Below, one piece after another: positions 1 through 12,900 of a stretch of 64,000 nt of DNA. Source of the stretch: Phoronis australis (lineage: Eukaryota > Animalia > Phoronida); contig NMRA01000237.1 of NCBI GenBank assembly GCA_002633005.1, positions 62,001 to 126,000 on the forward strand, read 5' to 3'. How positions within the stretch are numbered: the first letter of the stretch is position 1; every line of letters starts with the position of its first letter. The notes under the pieces are model-generated. The model saw only the letters and a program-made list of their open reading frames with translations. It was not told the DNA's origin and did not search any database. The position numbers and the translations under genes were made by a program.

Positions 1-826
1 TTGAAATCACAAGCTCAGTCAACTGGGTAAACCACACACTTTTTGTTTAATGTGATCTGATTACATGGTCCCTTGGATCTACTGATTATCTCACCTGATA
101 AGGACACCATGAATGAGATTGTATGTAAACAGGGGTGAACATTCATAAAACATTCATAAAACCTGTTTTGTTCTGATTGCCTTCAGGCTATTGTGGCCTA
201 TATACAACAGGGCTGGCCAGGTAGAAGTGTGTTGTCTATTATATCTAGAGCAGGGGTTATTAAACATATGTTGTGGATTGGCAATAGGGAATGTGAACTT
301 TTAACTGAGATAAGATGTGGTGAGGATGCCTGGATGTTTGCATGCAAATCCATTCATTACTGTTGGGGTACTTTACTGCAAATCGTGGAAAGTTTACCAC
401 AAGTTTTTTCATAACTTATATGCAATGCAAACCATCTTACTAATGGACTAAAATTGTCTTAATCTTTAGTTTTGTTGAGAAATTTGACGAAATAGAATTG
501 CACTTGCAGGCCACATTGTCCACTAATTATGTGAAGAATTAGTGAACTTAAGTTAATTTTCAATTTAATTGCAGTACAGCACTGAGCTTAACCTTTCACA
601 CAGACATACACTCTCCGACAACATCAACCTTGGTGTGAAAGGCCTTTAGGAGACGCATGACATGACCCGTGGCTCTCCACATTTCAAATACTGTCGAGAT
701 ATCCTCACTCCCTTTGATTCCTAACTGTCACAGATTTACTGCTTGTCCAATTATCCGACTATTATTGGACAATAAACCAAATCTAGTGCTCATCAAACAC
801 CCTTGACATAGTTTGTCCGCTTTCAG

Positions 827-917
827 AGAGGACATACTGCAGCATGGATTCACAGTGATCGTGGATGGCAGAAGGACAACTGTGACTCAGCTACATGATG
901 TTATACAGTTGTTAGAG
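827..917 (+). CDS. SESTD1: SESTD1-like exon (SEC14 domain) EDILQHGFTVIVDGRRTTVTQLHDVIQLLE
   Basis: tttcag acceptor, gag|gtgagt donor; GFTVIVDGR motif of the Trio/Dbl/SESTD1-type SEC14 domain. Confidence 0.9.
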
Positions 918-3900
918 GTGAGTGAGTCTGTTGTCATGGATACCATCAATTTTATGAATTCCATAGTGGAATTCCGTAGTACCATTCCCATGTATTTGAG
1001 AATTCCAGAAATTTTGCAGCAGTTGTTGTATAGAAATTGTTTCCACTAATCTGTTGCGTGTCTATGTGATTGAGAATCCCAGCAAGTTCTGTATCCTCTG
1101 TTGTTGGAAGCCCTTGAAAATGCCGTTGTCAGCCATCTGTTAGAAGATATAGGAGCTTATTAACAAGAATTTGCCAAATATCTAAAAAAACTAGAAAGTT
1201 TAACTCTGTAAAAGTATGTTTTCTGAAAGTGGAGAGCCTATAGAATTTTATTTTTGACTTTTTATCAGTTTGCCATTAGTTGTGTCACCTGACCAAGTCT
1301 TTTTAGTAAAATTAAGCAAATATGAAAGATACATTGATAGCAAAAATAGGGCACCGGTAACATGACCATGTTTTGTTCAATACGAATGTTCAAGGTTATA
1401 GCTCAAAAATGTTGTTACAGTTTTCTAAATTCTGTATGTTGATAGCCCTCATGCAAGCTTCCCAGTCTTATTGTTCTGTGCCATGTCAACTTCTTTTCTA
1501 AGTGCAAAGTAATGCCACATTTAGTGGTCCCAGTTTTCCGTTTTCAAAAACAGAGAAATTGTTTTACAAACATAAAAGCCTGTTTTTTCAGATTTGTAAA
1601 TTATGAAATTCCGTTTTACTATTTTAATATCCGCCACAGCTTCTTTTGGTCGATAGCTTGATGCTGGCCATGTTTGTTGTTTCTTAAAATTGAAAAAATA
1701 TCAGTGCCACCTTCAGAGAGAATCGACAACCGCTTGCACCCGTCTGCTTAAAAATGATTGTCCATCGATCTGTGGCTAGTATATGTCGAAATTTGACGGA
1801 GTGTGTTATCGATTTTTGTCAATTAAAAAAACAAAGATACTATATTTGTGTTATCTGCGACTGAATTGTGGCAATTTTGTTCAAAATCTCATTATTCAGT
1901 CAAATAATACAGAATTCGTGAATTCCGTCCGTTTTCAGTTATTGCTGAAAACTAGGATCTCTGCTCAAGGTTTGTGGTTGATTCCATTACACTTGTGTAA
2001 AGAAACAAACAACCATTTTCCAATACAGCAATGTTGTATACTGATCTTTCCTGATGGCGTTTTGATCAAATATTTTGCCTTGCCGCTTAAAGGCCCCATT
2101 TCACATCAACGTCAAGGTGCCCGTGTTTTGGTCAGTGTCAGTTAGTGTGAAAGGTTATCTTTGGTCTCTAATTGTAAATAATTTGCCATATCTGAGATAG
2201 GATGTTGGGAAGACCGTCAAATTTTGACATTTTTCTTGTATTACTCATCAGCTTGAATGGACATGATGAGTTTGTAAAAATAATCCGTATGATTTATGAG
2301 TTGATCAAGAGGCATTTATGGATTGTTAAGACCTTATCTTTCTGTTCAGTTTCAGCCTCACACTTTAAAGTAAAGGTTTCTTTCATGTTAAGTTAATGTT
2401 TTGTGAAGGAGATAACCAGATATGGGTCTATTTATGAAAGGTCAGCCTAGTGCATACCATAAATAACCATGTTCAAGTAGTTCACCCCTGTCTATGCACA
2501 CATAATTTTTGTTAAGATTGAAGAATCGATTGAATATCACAAATAAGGCAGCGGGATGCTTACAGGGACATTTTCAGTGTCGATACAGCTGCAAAGTGCA
2601 TGGAAACCCTGATGGTATTTTCCATCTTGCAAATTAAGAAGAGAGCATTTTGTAGTCTTCACCATCTTTGTATCGCGCGTTGGTGGATGCCAGCTTACAC
2701 CTCTCAAAAACAAAAACAATGCAGCTTCTTTTTTTGCTCGATTGTTGTTATTGTTGAATGACTTTGCTTGCTTTATACAGTAAAATTTATCCAATTTTGA
2801 ACAAAGATTTAATTGCCAAAATGACACTTTTTCATTTTCAACGACTTCTACCGTTGTTGTGAATGGCCGCAATTTTTTAAAAGTTTTCCAACGGTAGCTA
2901 TGGTACAATACTTGAGAATGGAAAAGTATATTCCATATGTTGCATGGAAAAATGATACAATGAAATTTCACTTGTTGACCTTACTGTGTCCTAAATTGGT
3001 TAGATTTTACGGTGGTTGGCTTTAGGTTAACTGAAAGTAGTGTTTTCTGACAAGGTAATCGGGTTGGTATGACTTGTTGAATCTGAACCAGCAACTTACC
3101 AGCATATCCAAAAGTTTTAAAGTTTGTTAAAATAAAACGCTTTTAAGTGCATAGATACAGCTATATATTTCTAAGTGTGAGACTGAATTTACCTGGAAAT
3201 ACTGGTACCTGCATAGAGTAGTAGGGAGTCGTGTTCTAATTCTGAGTGCATTCTATCAACAATGGTGCAATTCTAATAGTGATAGGTACAGGGTTTAATA
3301 ATCGCTTGTCCCTCAGGCTAGCAAAATTGACAATTGATGCTATTCCCAATATCCGTTTGTTAATAACTAAAAAAGTGAAGTATTGTAACTGGGAACAGCA
3401 TATTGTTCAGTGAAATATGATTATAGTACAGCAAAAAAAATCTTCAATTTGGGACAAAAATAATTGCTAAAATTGCCACATTTCTATTTTTTAGACGCTA
3501 ACCACATTGTTACAAGTGCTCAAAATTTTACCCTACTTTGTTTGGTAATAGGTACATCATACAAACAAATTTTCCTGAAAAAATTTTATTCAGAAATTTA
3601 ATGAAATGAAATTTCACCTGTTCGCCTTATTGTGTCCCAAATTCAAGAATTTTCGCGTTGTTATTTAAATGTCCTGCATTTCATTGTTTTCTTCTGATGT
3701 CAATTCCAAAATCAGACATCTCCCAGTCCTTTTGGCACCTGGCACGTTTGATATTGAACTCTGTGAGCTTGTAGTTCTTGCTTTTGTACTGGAAATCTTG
3801 AGTGTCACATTCATTGGTTGACATTGACGTGAAATTCTGCCCTTTGAGGTTATACAGGACCTTATCAGCAAGTCTGTGCGTATTTAGTTAAATATCTATA

Positions 3901-6900
3901 AATCTACATATTTTAGTTCAGTAAAAGTATATATTTTCTGAAAGTGGAAAGCCTGTAGATTTCAATTGTTGACTGTCATTAATTCCGTCGCGTCACTAGG
4001 TCTTTGCAGTAAAATTTAACAAAAAAATAATGGTACACTGATAGCAAAACAGCAATTCTGGTCAGCCATTTCTGAAATATGATGCTCCGAAGTTTGGATG
4101 TTTTTCAAGGGTCCTGCTTTAGTTAAAAACCAGTAATTTATGGCGTGTAATATCTTTGGCAGGATCTCTTCACTGGAAACCTGAATCATGTCTTCATTTT
4201 GAAGCATGCTGCATCCTCTGAAAGACAAGTGTTCTTCTTGAACTTGGATAAGAAAGTACGAAAACCAGAGGTAAGCCATCTCATATGAATTCAGCTTCAG
4301 ACCAGTGGTCGTAACTGGGATTCCACATCATTTTATCACTCATTAGAGAAGACAGGGCTTGGAATTTTCCGCGGAAACGCGGATTTCCGCTTTTTTCAAA
4401 TGTGCTTTCCGCTTTTTTTTATAATATTTCCACGTAGAAAAATCGGATTTGATATAAAATTTCCGCGGCAAATTCCTTTCTTACCGCGGCGTTGCAGACG
4501 ACGTTCACCTCCAAAAGCGGAAGTTGCTCTTTATGTTTCGGAGGAACGTAAATTGTCAACATTGCCGGGGCATCTGGGACAGCGTGGTGGAATTTTCAAT
4601 GGCGTCTCGTGTTATTGTTAAGCGCGGCGACAAATACCACCGCTCTGCAGCCAAAAATGTGTGGGTTGGGAGTGGACGGGCGAGCTAAAAGGACGCAGAC
4701 GCATGCTACTGATGGTGGTAACGTTTTTTTTTTTTTTTTAGTCCTCCCGATTTTTGTCGGGGAAAGGTTCACATTGACCATTTCAAGGCTGGTTATCGGG
4801 CATGATTTGGGCCGTAAAAGTTTCAAAATTTCCGCGTTTTTTGTCATTGGTCATTCCAAGCCCTGAGAAGACTACTCTGGCGATGAATTCGACTTTCACC
4901 TTGCCATCATGATGGGGAACACTGGATAATTTTGTCTGAATACTTGTGGCTTGTACTGTACTTCAGGTACCCTTGATGACATAAGCTGTTGACCTGTAAA
5001 TCTGTCAATATGACATGTATGTTCAAAGCTCTATAGGTCAATTACATATCTATACCCACGTTTTTTTCTAAAACAATCCCAGCCAGCGATGTTGTCTGTC
5101 TTAGACATAGAAAATTGCTGAGAATAGGTGTTTTGTGATTTGAAAAACACAATTCTCAATTGTAGCAACTGCGTCCTTTGATTTTGAATAAAGACAACAA
5201 CTTTTCTAGAATGTAGCGACATGTTTCCGCGGTAATAATCCACCATTGTTAAACGTTATTCATAGAATGGATGCCAGGACAGCAACAGGTACAATACACA
5301 GAAAATTCCAAATCATGCAAAAGTACCAGATCAGGAATGGCTTGCAGTCAGTGAATCACCACTCAGTGTAACAGTGTTAACGTCTCATGGGCAATCTGTG
5401 CATTGAGTGAGGGCGTTTCTGAACACTGAATGTGAATGGCTTCACGCAGTTTCAAGCAATAGTGATTAGTATTGCTGTCAGTCATCGTAATGCTGTGTTG
5501 CCCAGCGCCCTCTCTACAGGCATCATTGCTTTCGAAGTGTCTAAAGATGTGTGAATTCTTATCTGTAACTAGGTCTACCTGCAGCTATCCTGGCATCCAG
5601 TTGTCTCGATAAAGCTGGACAATGGTGGATGTTTTACCGCCAAAAAATGTTGCTACATTTTTGAAAAGTTGTTGTCTTATTCAAACTTTACTTGTGTTCG
5701 TCAGTGTGAGATCTTTTGGTCCTTTGTCTTATTTTTCTTCGTGATTCCAAATGGTATGCGTTTACTCATTATTAGAAAACATGTCTGAGCTGTTATGATT
5801 GATATTTTTATGTCAATATACAAGTATTTGGCCAAGTGGTCTGAAGCTGTGTTTCTTGCTTAGACTGGTCTATTTATGGACTATGCCTGAATGCTATGAC
5901 GTGTAAATGTCAAAATTGTGAGCTGTATATACCGAGGGTCTTGTGAGCTCAAAGGGTATATCATTAGATAACCCTGTGTGTTATTCAGTGTGGTGAGTAG
6001 CATAGAACTGTCTTCAGGTAATATTCTGTGTTTTGTGAATAGTCACAGTTTTAAACTAGAAGTGATAAGACCTTGATGCCTGCCATAAATGGCCATTGAT
6101 TTGTTCCTAAAGTTTAGCTCTGAATTCAGCTCATTAATAACATGATCCAGTTGGACTCCGTGCCAACAGTCTTCGTACCACCCGTGGTGTCACCAACTTA
6201 ACATCCAACATTTGCTATCATTCACCATTATTGAATGTAATAGCCAAATATCCACTTAAAACTTTTGTTTGGCAGACTCCCTTGCCAACAATGGTCATAT
6301 TGGTGTGTAACTCTGAATTATGGTCTTGTTTGTGAATACTTACAGGGTGTTGTTTTTCCATTTCAGTTTGTCAACATGAGTCGACTTCACTCCTCTGTTG
6401 ATCGTAGACAGTTGCCCCCCGAACTGGGGGGTAGTCTGGAGTACCAGCATGAAAAATGGGTTCACCGTCGACAGGTAAGGGGGAGGGGGTCACTCTGTTT
6501 TGTGCAGTTTGAAAGACTAATTCCTAGGATTAAACTGCCATCGCAACTGCCAAAATGGGTGGATTAAACTACGGATTTGCGTAACACCCCTGCAGTGGGA
6601 AAGGGTAATTCCACTCCGAAGGGAGTAATAGCTAGATGTGGTGACCTGCAACACAGGTTTTCAATCGAGAGTGTGAATCAGCTTTGCCATCTGGTAATTA
6701 ATGCTTTGAACTAGTGGAAACTCCAATTTCGCAACTGATGATGAGATGCTGTGGGAAAAATTAGAGAGGAACTGTGATGGGAATTCGACCCTGTGATCCA
6801 CTGACACTGAAAACAGATCATGGCTCCTCTTCAGCTGGGACATGTTGCATGTGGTGAATTCAGGCTATTGTAAGGAGATGGCCTGCTACAATGTCTAGAA

Positions 6901-9900
6901 GACAGACATTCGCTATAATAGCTTTAAAAAGGGTAACTATGCCAGGTTTCGGTCATAGCCTATGGGTGGGTTCCATGTACATCTCTCTAAATTTGTGTGT
7001 GATTTTAGTTCACAGAAAGCAGTGAGGAAAAGTCACCAATGTGTGAGATTAGGGGCCCATTTTCTGAATTCTCCGGAGCTTTATGTGGACAAATTCACAC
7101 TATTAAGTTGTTTTTATTGAGGGTGACTGTGTATCACATGCATATTAAATGAATTTACGAGGGGTCAAACGGGCCCAGTAGGGGCCGGCATGTCATTTTT
7201 AGGGCCACCACGAGGGTTTGCCTTTGGGAAATTGTGGTCAGGTAGCTCCTTGTGACATCCACCAGTGGACATGCGTGGATCAACTCATCAAGACTGACCA
7301 CTGTGCTTACAGTGATTCTTGACCTATTTAACACACAATATGGTAATACTCTGATATAACGTGCCCGAATTTTGAGAACTAGTTTTGTCCACTAAATAAC
7401 GGGCATCAAACTTATTCTCAAAATACAGGCATGTTATGTCAGACTATTGCCCACAATATGGCTGGCAATAAGTGAAATTCTATTTTGCTAAACTTATCTA
7501 TAGATAAAGATTAAGAAAATGTGCGTCTATTTTAGCGTGGTTTGTAGTTTGTAGAATTTGTAAAACAGCATTTTGGCAATTTTTCCATCGCTTGCAGCAA
7601 ATAACAATTTTGGCGATTATTTTGTGCGAAGTAAGTGAGGAGTTGCCATGCTTGGAAATAAGAGATGTATTCCAAGAATCTGAGACTTAAGTTGATTTTT
7701 TACTCAAGTCTAAGATTAGTCTCAACTTCCAAATTTGAAACTTCCACATCAGGTAAGTTAATCAATATAAAAACAAAGCATAAGTAAAAAATTAAGTCAA
7801 ACTTAAGATCTTTTTCTTGAAACAGACTTGAGACAAATTTCCGTTTTATCTTAAAATTGGCTGAAATTTAAGATTTGTCTTATCGGGTAGCTAAGTCGGT
7901 TGTCTTGGAACGGGCCCCTGGACAATGTTGGACCAAGAAGTGAAATTTGGGTAATTTAGATGTGCAGCCTTATCCATGTCTATTTTTTCAGGCGTTATTT
8001 GTTCTTTTCTTTGTATAACATTAATCCTAGTCATTTTATTTTTTAAGTAACAAATACAGTGTATACTTATCAAGTAAATGTCAATGCATTATTTTTTAAA
8101 TTGCAAATGGCTGTCACAATCGGAATAAATCAGTGGAGTTGTTTTCGATAATGACAATCATAATGACAATGATAATGATAATGTCTCTGCAGGTATTGGA
8201 ACAGTTCCTTCAAGATGCCCACAGGGTAAACGAGAGGCTAAAGGTCGTATCCCAGGCAACGTCCAGACACTCTCCTGATGAAAACCTTCGTTCAGTCGCT
8301 GAACAGACTCTGCACAAAGGTATGAGAACAATAGCGTAAACACATAAAGCCACCTTTTCTTTTCATTTTCTATTTAAACAATCATGAAATGAAGAAGTAT
8401 GCTTATTAATGTTATGTTGAACTCTGCTTTGGCTGGTCCAAGAGGGCTAATATTGAAGTAATATGAAATAAGAATGGAGCAGTTCATTAAGCCAAAAATA
8501 ACGTTTCGGTCAATGCAAAAAATGCATAGTTGGTTTGGGCCTGTACCCTGACTCATTTTGAGAACTGCGCTCAAATATTAAAAACCCCGCTTGCATCAGT
8601 TTCATTCAGTCTCATGTTTTTTTGAAAACCTAAACAAAAGCATGTTTTTTTTTTTGAAAACCTACACAAAAGCATGTATTTTTTTTTGAAAACCTGCACA
8701 AAAGCACATGTTTTTTTTTTGAAAACCTGCTCAAAAGCACAATTATTTTTTTTTTGAAAACCTGTACAAAAGCACGTGTTTTTTGGAAAACCTGCTCAAA
8801 AGCACATGTTTTTTTTGAAAACCTGCACAAAAGCACATTTTTCTTGAAAACCTGTACAAAAGCACATGTTTTTTTGAAAGCCTGCACAAAAGGACCTAAG
8901 CAACAGCCCATTAAAATTTAAATGACGTATTCTTATTGAAGTGACTTATTCAGCAAATTCAATTTTAGGCCTCAAAAGTGTGCACCCAATATTGATATGG
9001 GATGCCCACTTGAAGGCGACTGAAGAGTGGGGCCCCTGATATATAGGTCCCCACTTTTGAGGCTCAAAACTGAATTTCATTTTAATGAAAAAAGTGATTT
9101 AAAATAACCTATTTATTGTAGTATACAAAGTAGTGACAAAATATTGTCACACCCAGAGTATTGTCACACCCAAAGTATTGTCACACCCGGAGACTCATCT
9201 AGTGGCTGTCACAATGATGTCCAGTTTTAAAAAATGATGGCGTGGATGGCGTGGCCAAGAGAGAAAAAAGCCTGCTTGTTTCAAAACAAACTTACAATTT
9301 GTTGTTTTAGTTCCATAAATATTCAATCATAAATTGAGATTGCTGACACTGTGCATTTTACCATCAATGTCACACAGACGATTGGCAATTTTGGCAGCCA
9401 TGTTTCTCGGGGGGGGGGGGGGGNTCCCTATCATGGTGACCTCATACAGAATTCCCTGTTCTCACTTTTACATTCTTAGTTGAACTGGTGTACTTCAGGT
9501 AAGAGCCTTCTCCACCAGTTCTGCACAGAGGCAGGGTTCCATAGTCAGCCCTTGGATCAGCTAGAACATGAAATCCGCCGAGTGCTATCTCACCTAGAGG
9601 CGTCACTCAAAAACAGCCGAGGTCTAAGCACTCACTCACAGATAAATGCCATCGAGGTGGGGATAAAAAAGGTTGGTGGTGTTGTCTTTTGGAATACTTT
9701 TTATTTTACGACAGTTGGACTGTGATACTGAGAAAAATTCCCAGGGGCCCATTACATCATGCGTGGTAATGGTGAGTGATAGATATTGAGGTCAGGTGCT
9801 TTGCTTGTTTTGCATGGCGACATCTTGCGAAGACTTGCGTGATCTCACAAGTCTCAGAAAACACTAGCGTCATGTACCATGGCCCATCTGGGTCATTTAC

Positions 9901-12900
9901 GACTTTCGAAAGCCGACACATTTTCTCTTTTCCCCTGGCTGCTCCTAGCTATGTATTAACTATAGGTACATTGTATGACAAAAGCAATCGGACAAAATAT
10001 GGTTTCCTTGTCATGAAGGTTAATTCTGTTAACAGCAAATAGGATTGGTTATAACCAAAAATCTATTTACAAAATGGCTTAGCCACTGTACTAACTTTCT
10101 ACTGACGATGAATTCAGCTTCTACCCAGCCCCAGTGACGGGGAATTCTATTGGCAGTTTGTCGGAACACGTTTTGCTTCTACAGTATGTGTGATTCTGGA
10201 CTTAACTCTAGTCTACGAGCAACCTTTGATTCATTGGTAATTGTATTTGGGGTCTTCCCTGAGATTTCTCTGCCAACAATTCATAATGTAAAATGGCCGT
10301 ACAGGGACTAATAAACTGTACGCTACCCTATTTGAAAAGGCTATTGGCTGTTTATTCTGTGTGAGCAATGGTGACGTCTGAGGTGGAACTGGCCGTGCGC
10401 TCATTTGAATTTGAGATTTTTGATGTACTAAGAATTTCGACTGTCCCAAGTAGGTGTACTGGCTACTCAGTATGGTCATCACGACAGAATTGCATTATGA
10501 TGTTAGATAATCTTACACTATCAATCATTCTGACTCGTCTTTTTATGCCAGGTTATTGACTGGATTCTTGGTGCAGCTGAAAAGCTGCTCTCCTCGCAGA
10601 CAGACATAGGAGACTCGTTTGACACGGCCACTGAATTGAGGAAACAACATGAACATATGGAGATCAAGTGTACAGTGAGTGTTGGTGGGCGGGCAGTTGA
10701 AGGTGGCAGTGTGTGAATGGTGGCTGTAGGACAGCACATAACTTTTTTCCCCTGACCATGTTGGTGGATGGGTAATAGAGAATTAGTGTAGTGTATGGTG
10801 GCTGTTGGAAGACAGCTCATGGCTTTTTTCTATGTTGGTAGTCGGGCAGCAGATGAAGCCGATATATATGGTGGCTGCAGGATAGCGCATAAATTTTTTT
10901 TGCTGTCTACGTTGATTGAAGGGCAACTAATAATGTGTTGTATATGGTGGATGTAGGAGGACAGCACAAAATATTTTCCTGACCATGCTGGTGGGTAGTA
11001 GGAGGTAATAAAGGGTAATAGTTTATGTACAATGGGGGCTTTAGGACAGCACATGATTTTTTTCTCGTGATCGTGTTGGTGGGCAGGCAGTATAGGATGG
11101 TGGTGTGTGTACGGTGGCTGTAGGAGGACAGCTCGTAACTTTTTTCTCCCAACTTTAAATGTTTGTTTTCACTGTTTTTAGCAAACTTATGGTAACTACG
11201 CTGAACTGCGACACAGCATCGAAGTCCTGCCAGTTGAAAATAGTGAGCTGTTGGCACAGCGAGACTACATGGATACGGTCTGTCGTAACTACGCTAGTCG
11301 TCTGGAACGTCGTAGGAATCTCCTCATTGCCTCAGTTATGTTTCACCGCCTTGTGGAAGAGGTAGGAACTCCCAGAGGCAGTCTTCGTTTCTTCCCAGTG
11401 ATAGTGGGCATTATTTATAGCGAATATATTACATGCATTCGCCAGTTAGGGTTATTTACAACATTACACGTCTACATATCACACATTAGAATATGTAAAC
11501 AGTGAAGTATGGAGATAGAAACCTTGCTCAAGAATGGGGGAGTGGTCTAGTGGGATTTGAACCCAGGATCTTGGCAGGAACTCTACCACTAGGCCATGCT
11601 GCTGCCAGTTTTCACTCCCCTTTTTTCAGATTATTGGAATTGGGTAGTCTCTGGTTTTTTAAATGTTTGTTTTTGTTTTTATTGGTTCTTGATGTAGAAT
11701 ACAAAATTGTCTAGTAGCTTGTAATTTCGGTTGACTCTGGCCTTATGGCTGTCTAATGCACATCAAAATTTTGTGGATAATTGAAGGTGTAAATTAAGAT
11801 CGTGTTCGTTCCGTTCTAGCTGTCTTCCATGTACGACAACCTGCTTGAACTACTATGTTCGGACATTGTGGCTGACACAGTGGACACCGCCCAGCAGCAG
11901 CTTGACCATCTCACAGAAACATGCTGCAAAGCTGGTGAGCTTAAATTGTCCAATTTTAAAGACACTCTCATCTTGTTCCGTGTCCGTTTCATTTAGTAGT
12001 GTCTCTGATTTTCCGCGATAATGGAAAATGAACATAATTCGCGGACTGGGACCTCTTCAATGAAATTCTAGACTTTGAATAAAATTCACATATTTCAGCA
12101 GCAGGTACCAGAATTCTGATATATTTTTTGGGTAATTACTGGGAATAAAATACATCATTTGCTTGAAACTGATTCTGGTCACAGCTTGATCAATGGAATT
12201 GAAATGGAGTTTTAAGAAGTGAAATGGAATTGAAATGGATTTCTAAGAAATGAAATGGAAATGAAAGGGAATTCAAGAAAAACGAGGCAGATTTCGCAAT
12301 TTGAGAAGGAAAATTATTTATATATTGTGTAGCCAAACATTATGGCTGAATAATACAAAGTTGTGCGATGAAAATAAATACTTATTAAATATTAAATAAA
12401 TATTTTAGTCTAGAAAGGTCTTGGACTGGGTGTGACTGATGAACCAGGGGTTGAATAAGTTTGCATGTGGTGTTGTTCACCTATTGATTTCACCTCTTGA
12501 CTTGCTCATCTACTCCCACACATTCACCAACAGGTCAGTTGATCAATCAAATTCTGGACGAGGGTCAGTCCATCACTGACCAGATGGCCTGGCCAGTGAA
12601 GAACGCGTTCGGCAAGGACATCACGCCCAACTACGGCCGCCAAATGTCACACGTGCAGGACGTCCTCGCCAAGTTACAAGAGCGGCGGGATCGCTGCGAG
12701 GAACTCTCGGATGTCCGGCGGCTCAAGCTACAACAGATACTGCAACTGAGGACGTGCGAACGGGATGCCAACCAGGTCTAGTTTTACTTTTTTTTACTGC
12801 TTCAGTGCATTTTACAAATAACGTATAGCTTGATTTAGGCATTACCGTGTGGAAAATTCTGAAGTAGCATAGTGCTTTCCTTGATGAATGGGAAACGCCC

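Noticed and set aside
187-222. Possible upstream SESTD1 micro-exon (cttcag...ccag|gtagaa)
   Set aside because: No recognisable SEC14 similarity, and a phase-2 junction to exon 827 could not be supported.
8630-8911. 93-aa minus-strand ORF
   Set aside because: Translation of a poly-T-containing minisatellite.
11545-11605. Functional tRNA gene (also 38060-38130 and 31300-31352)
   Set aside because: A/B boxes are present but no complete cloverleaf or anticodon arm; better explained as SINE heads.
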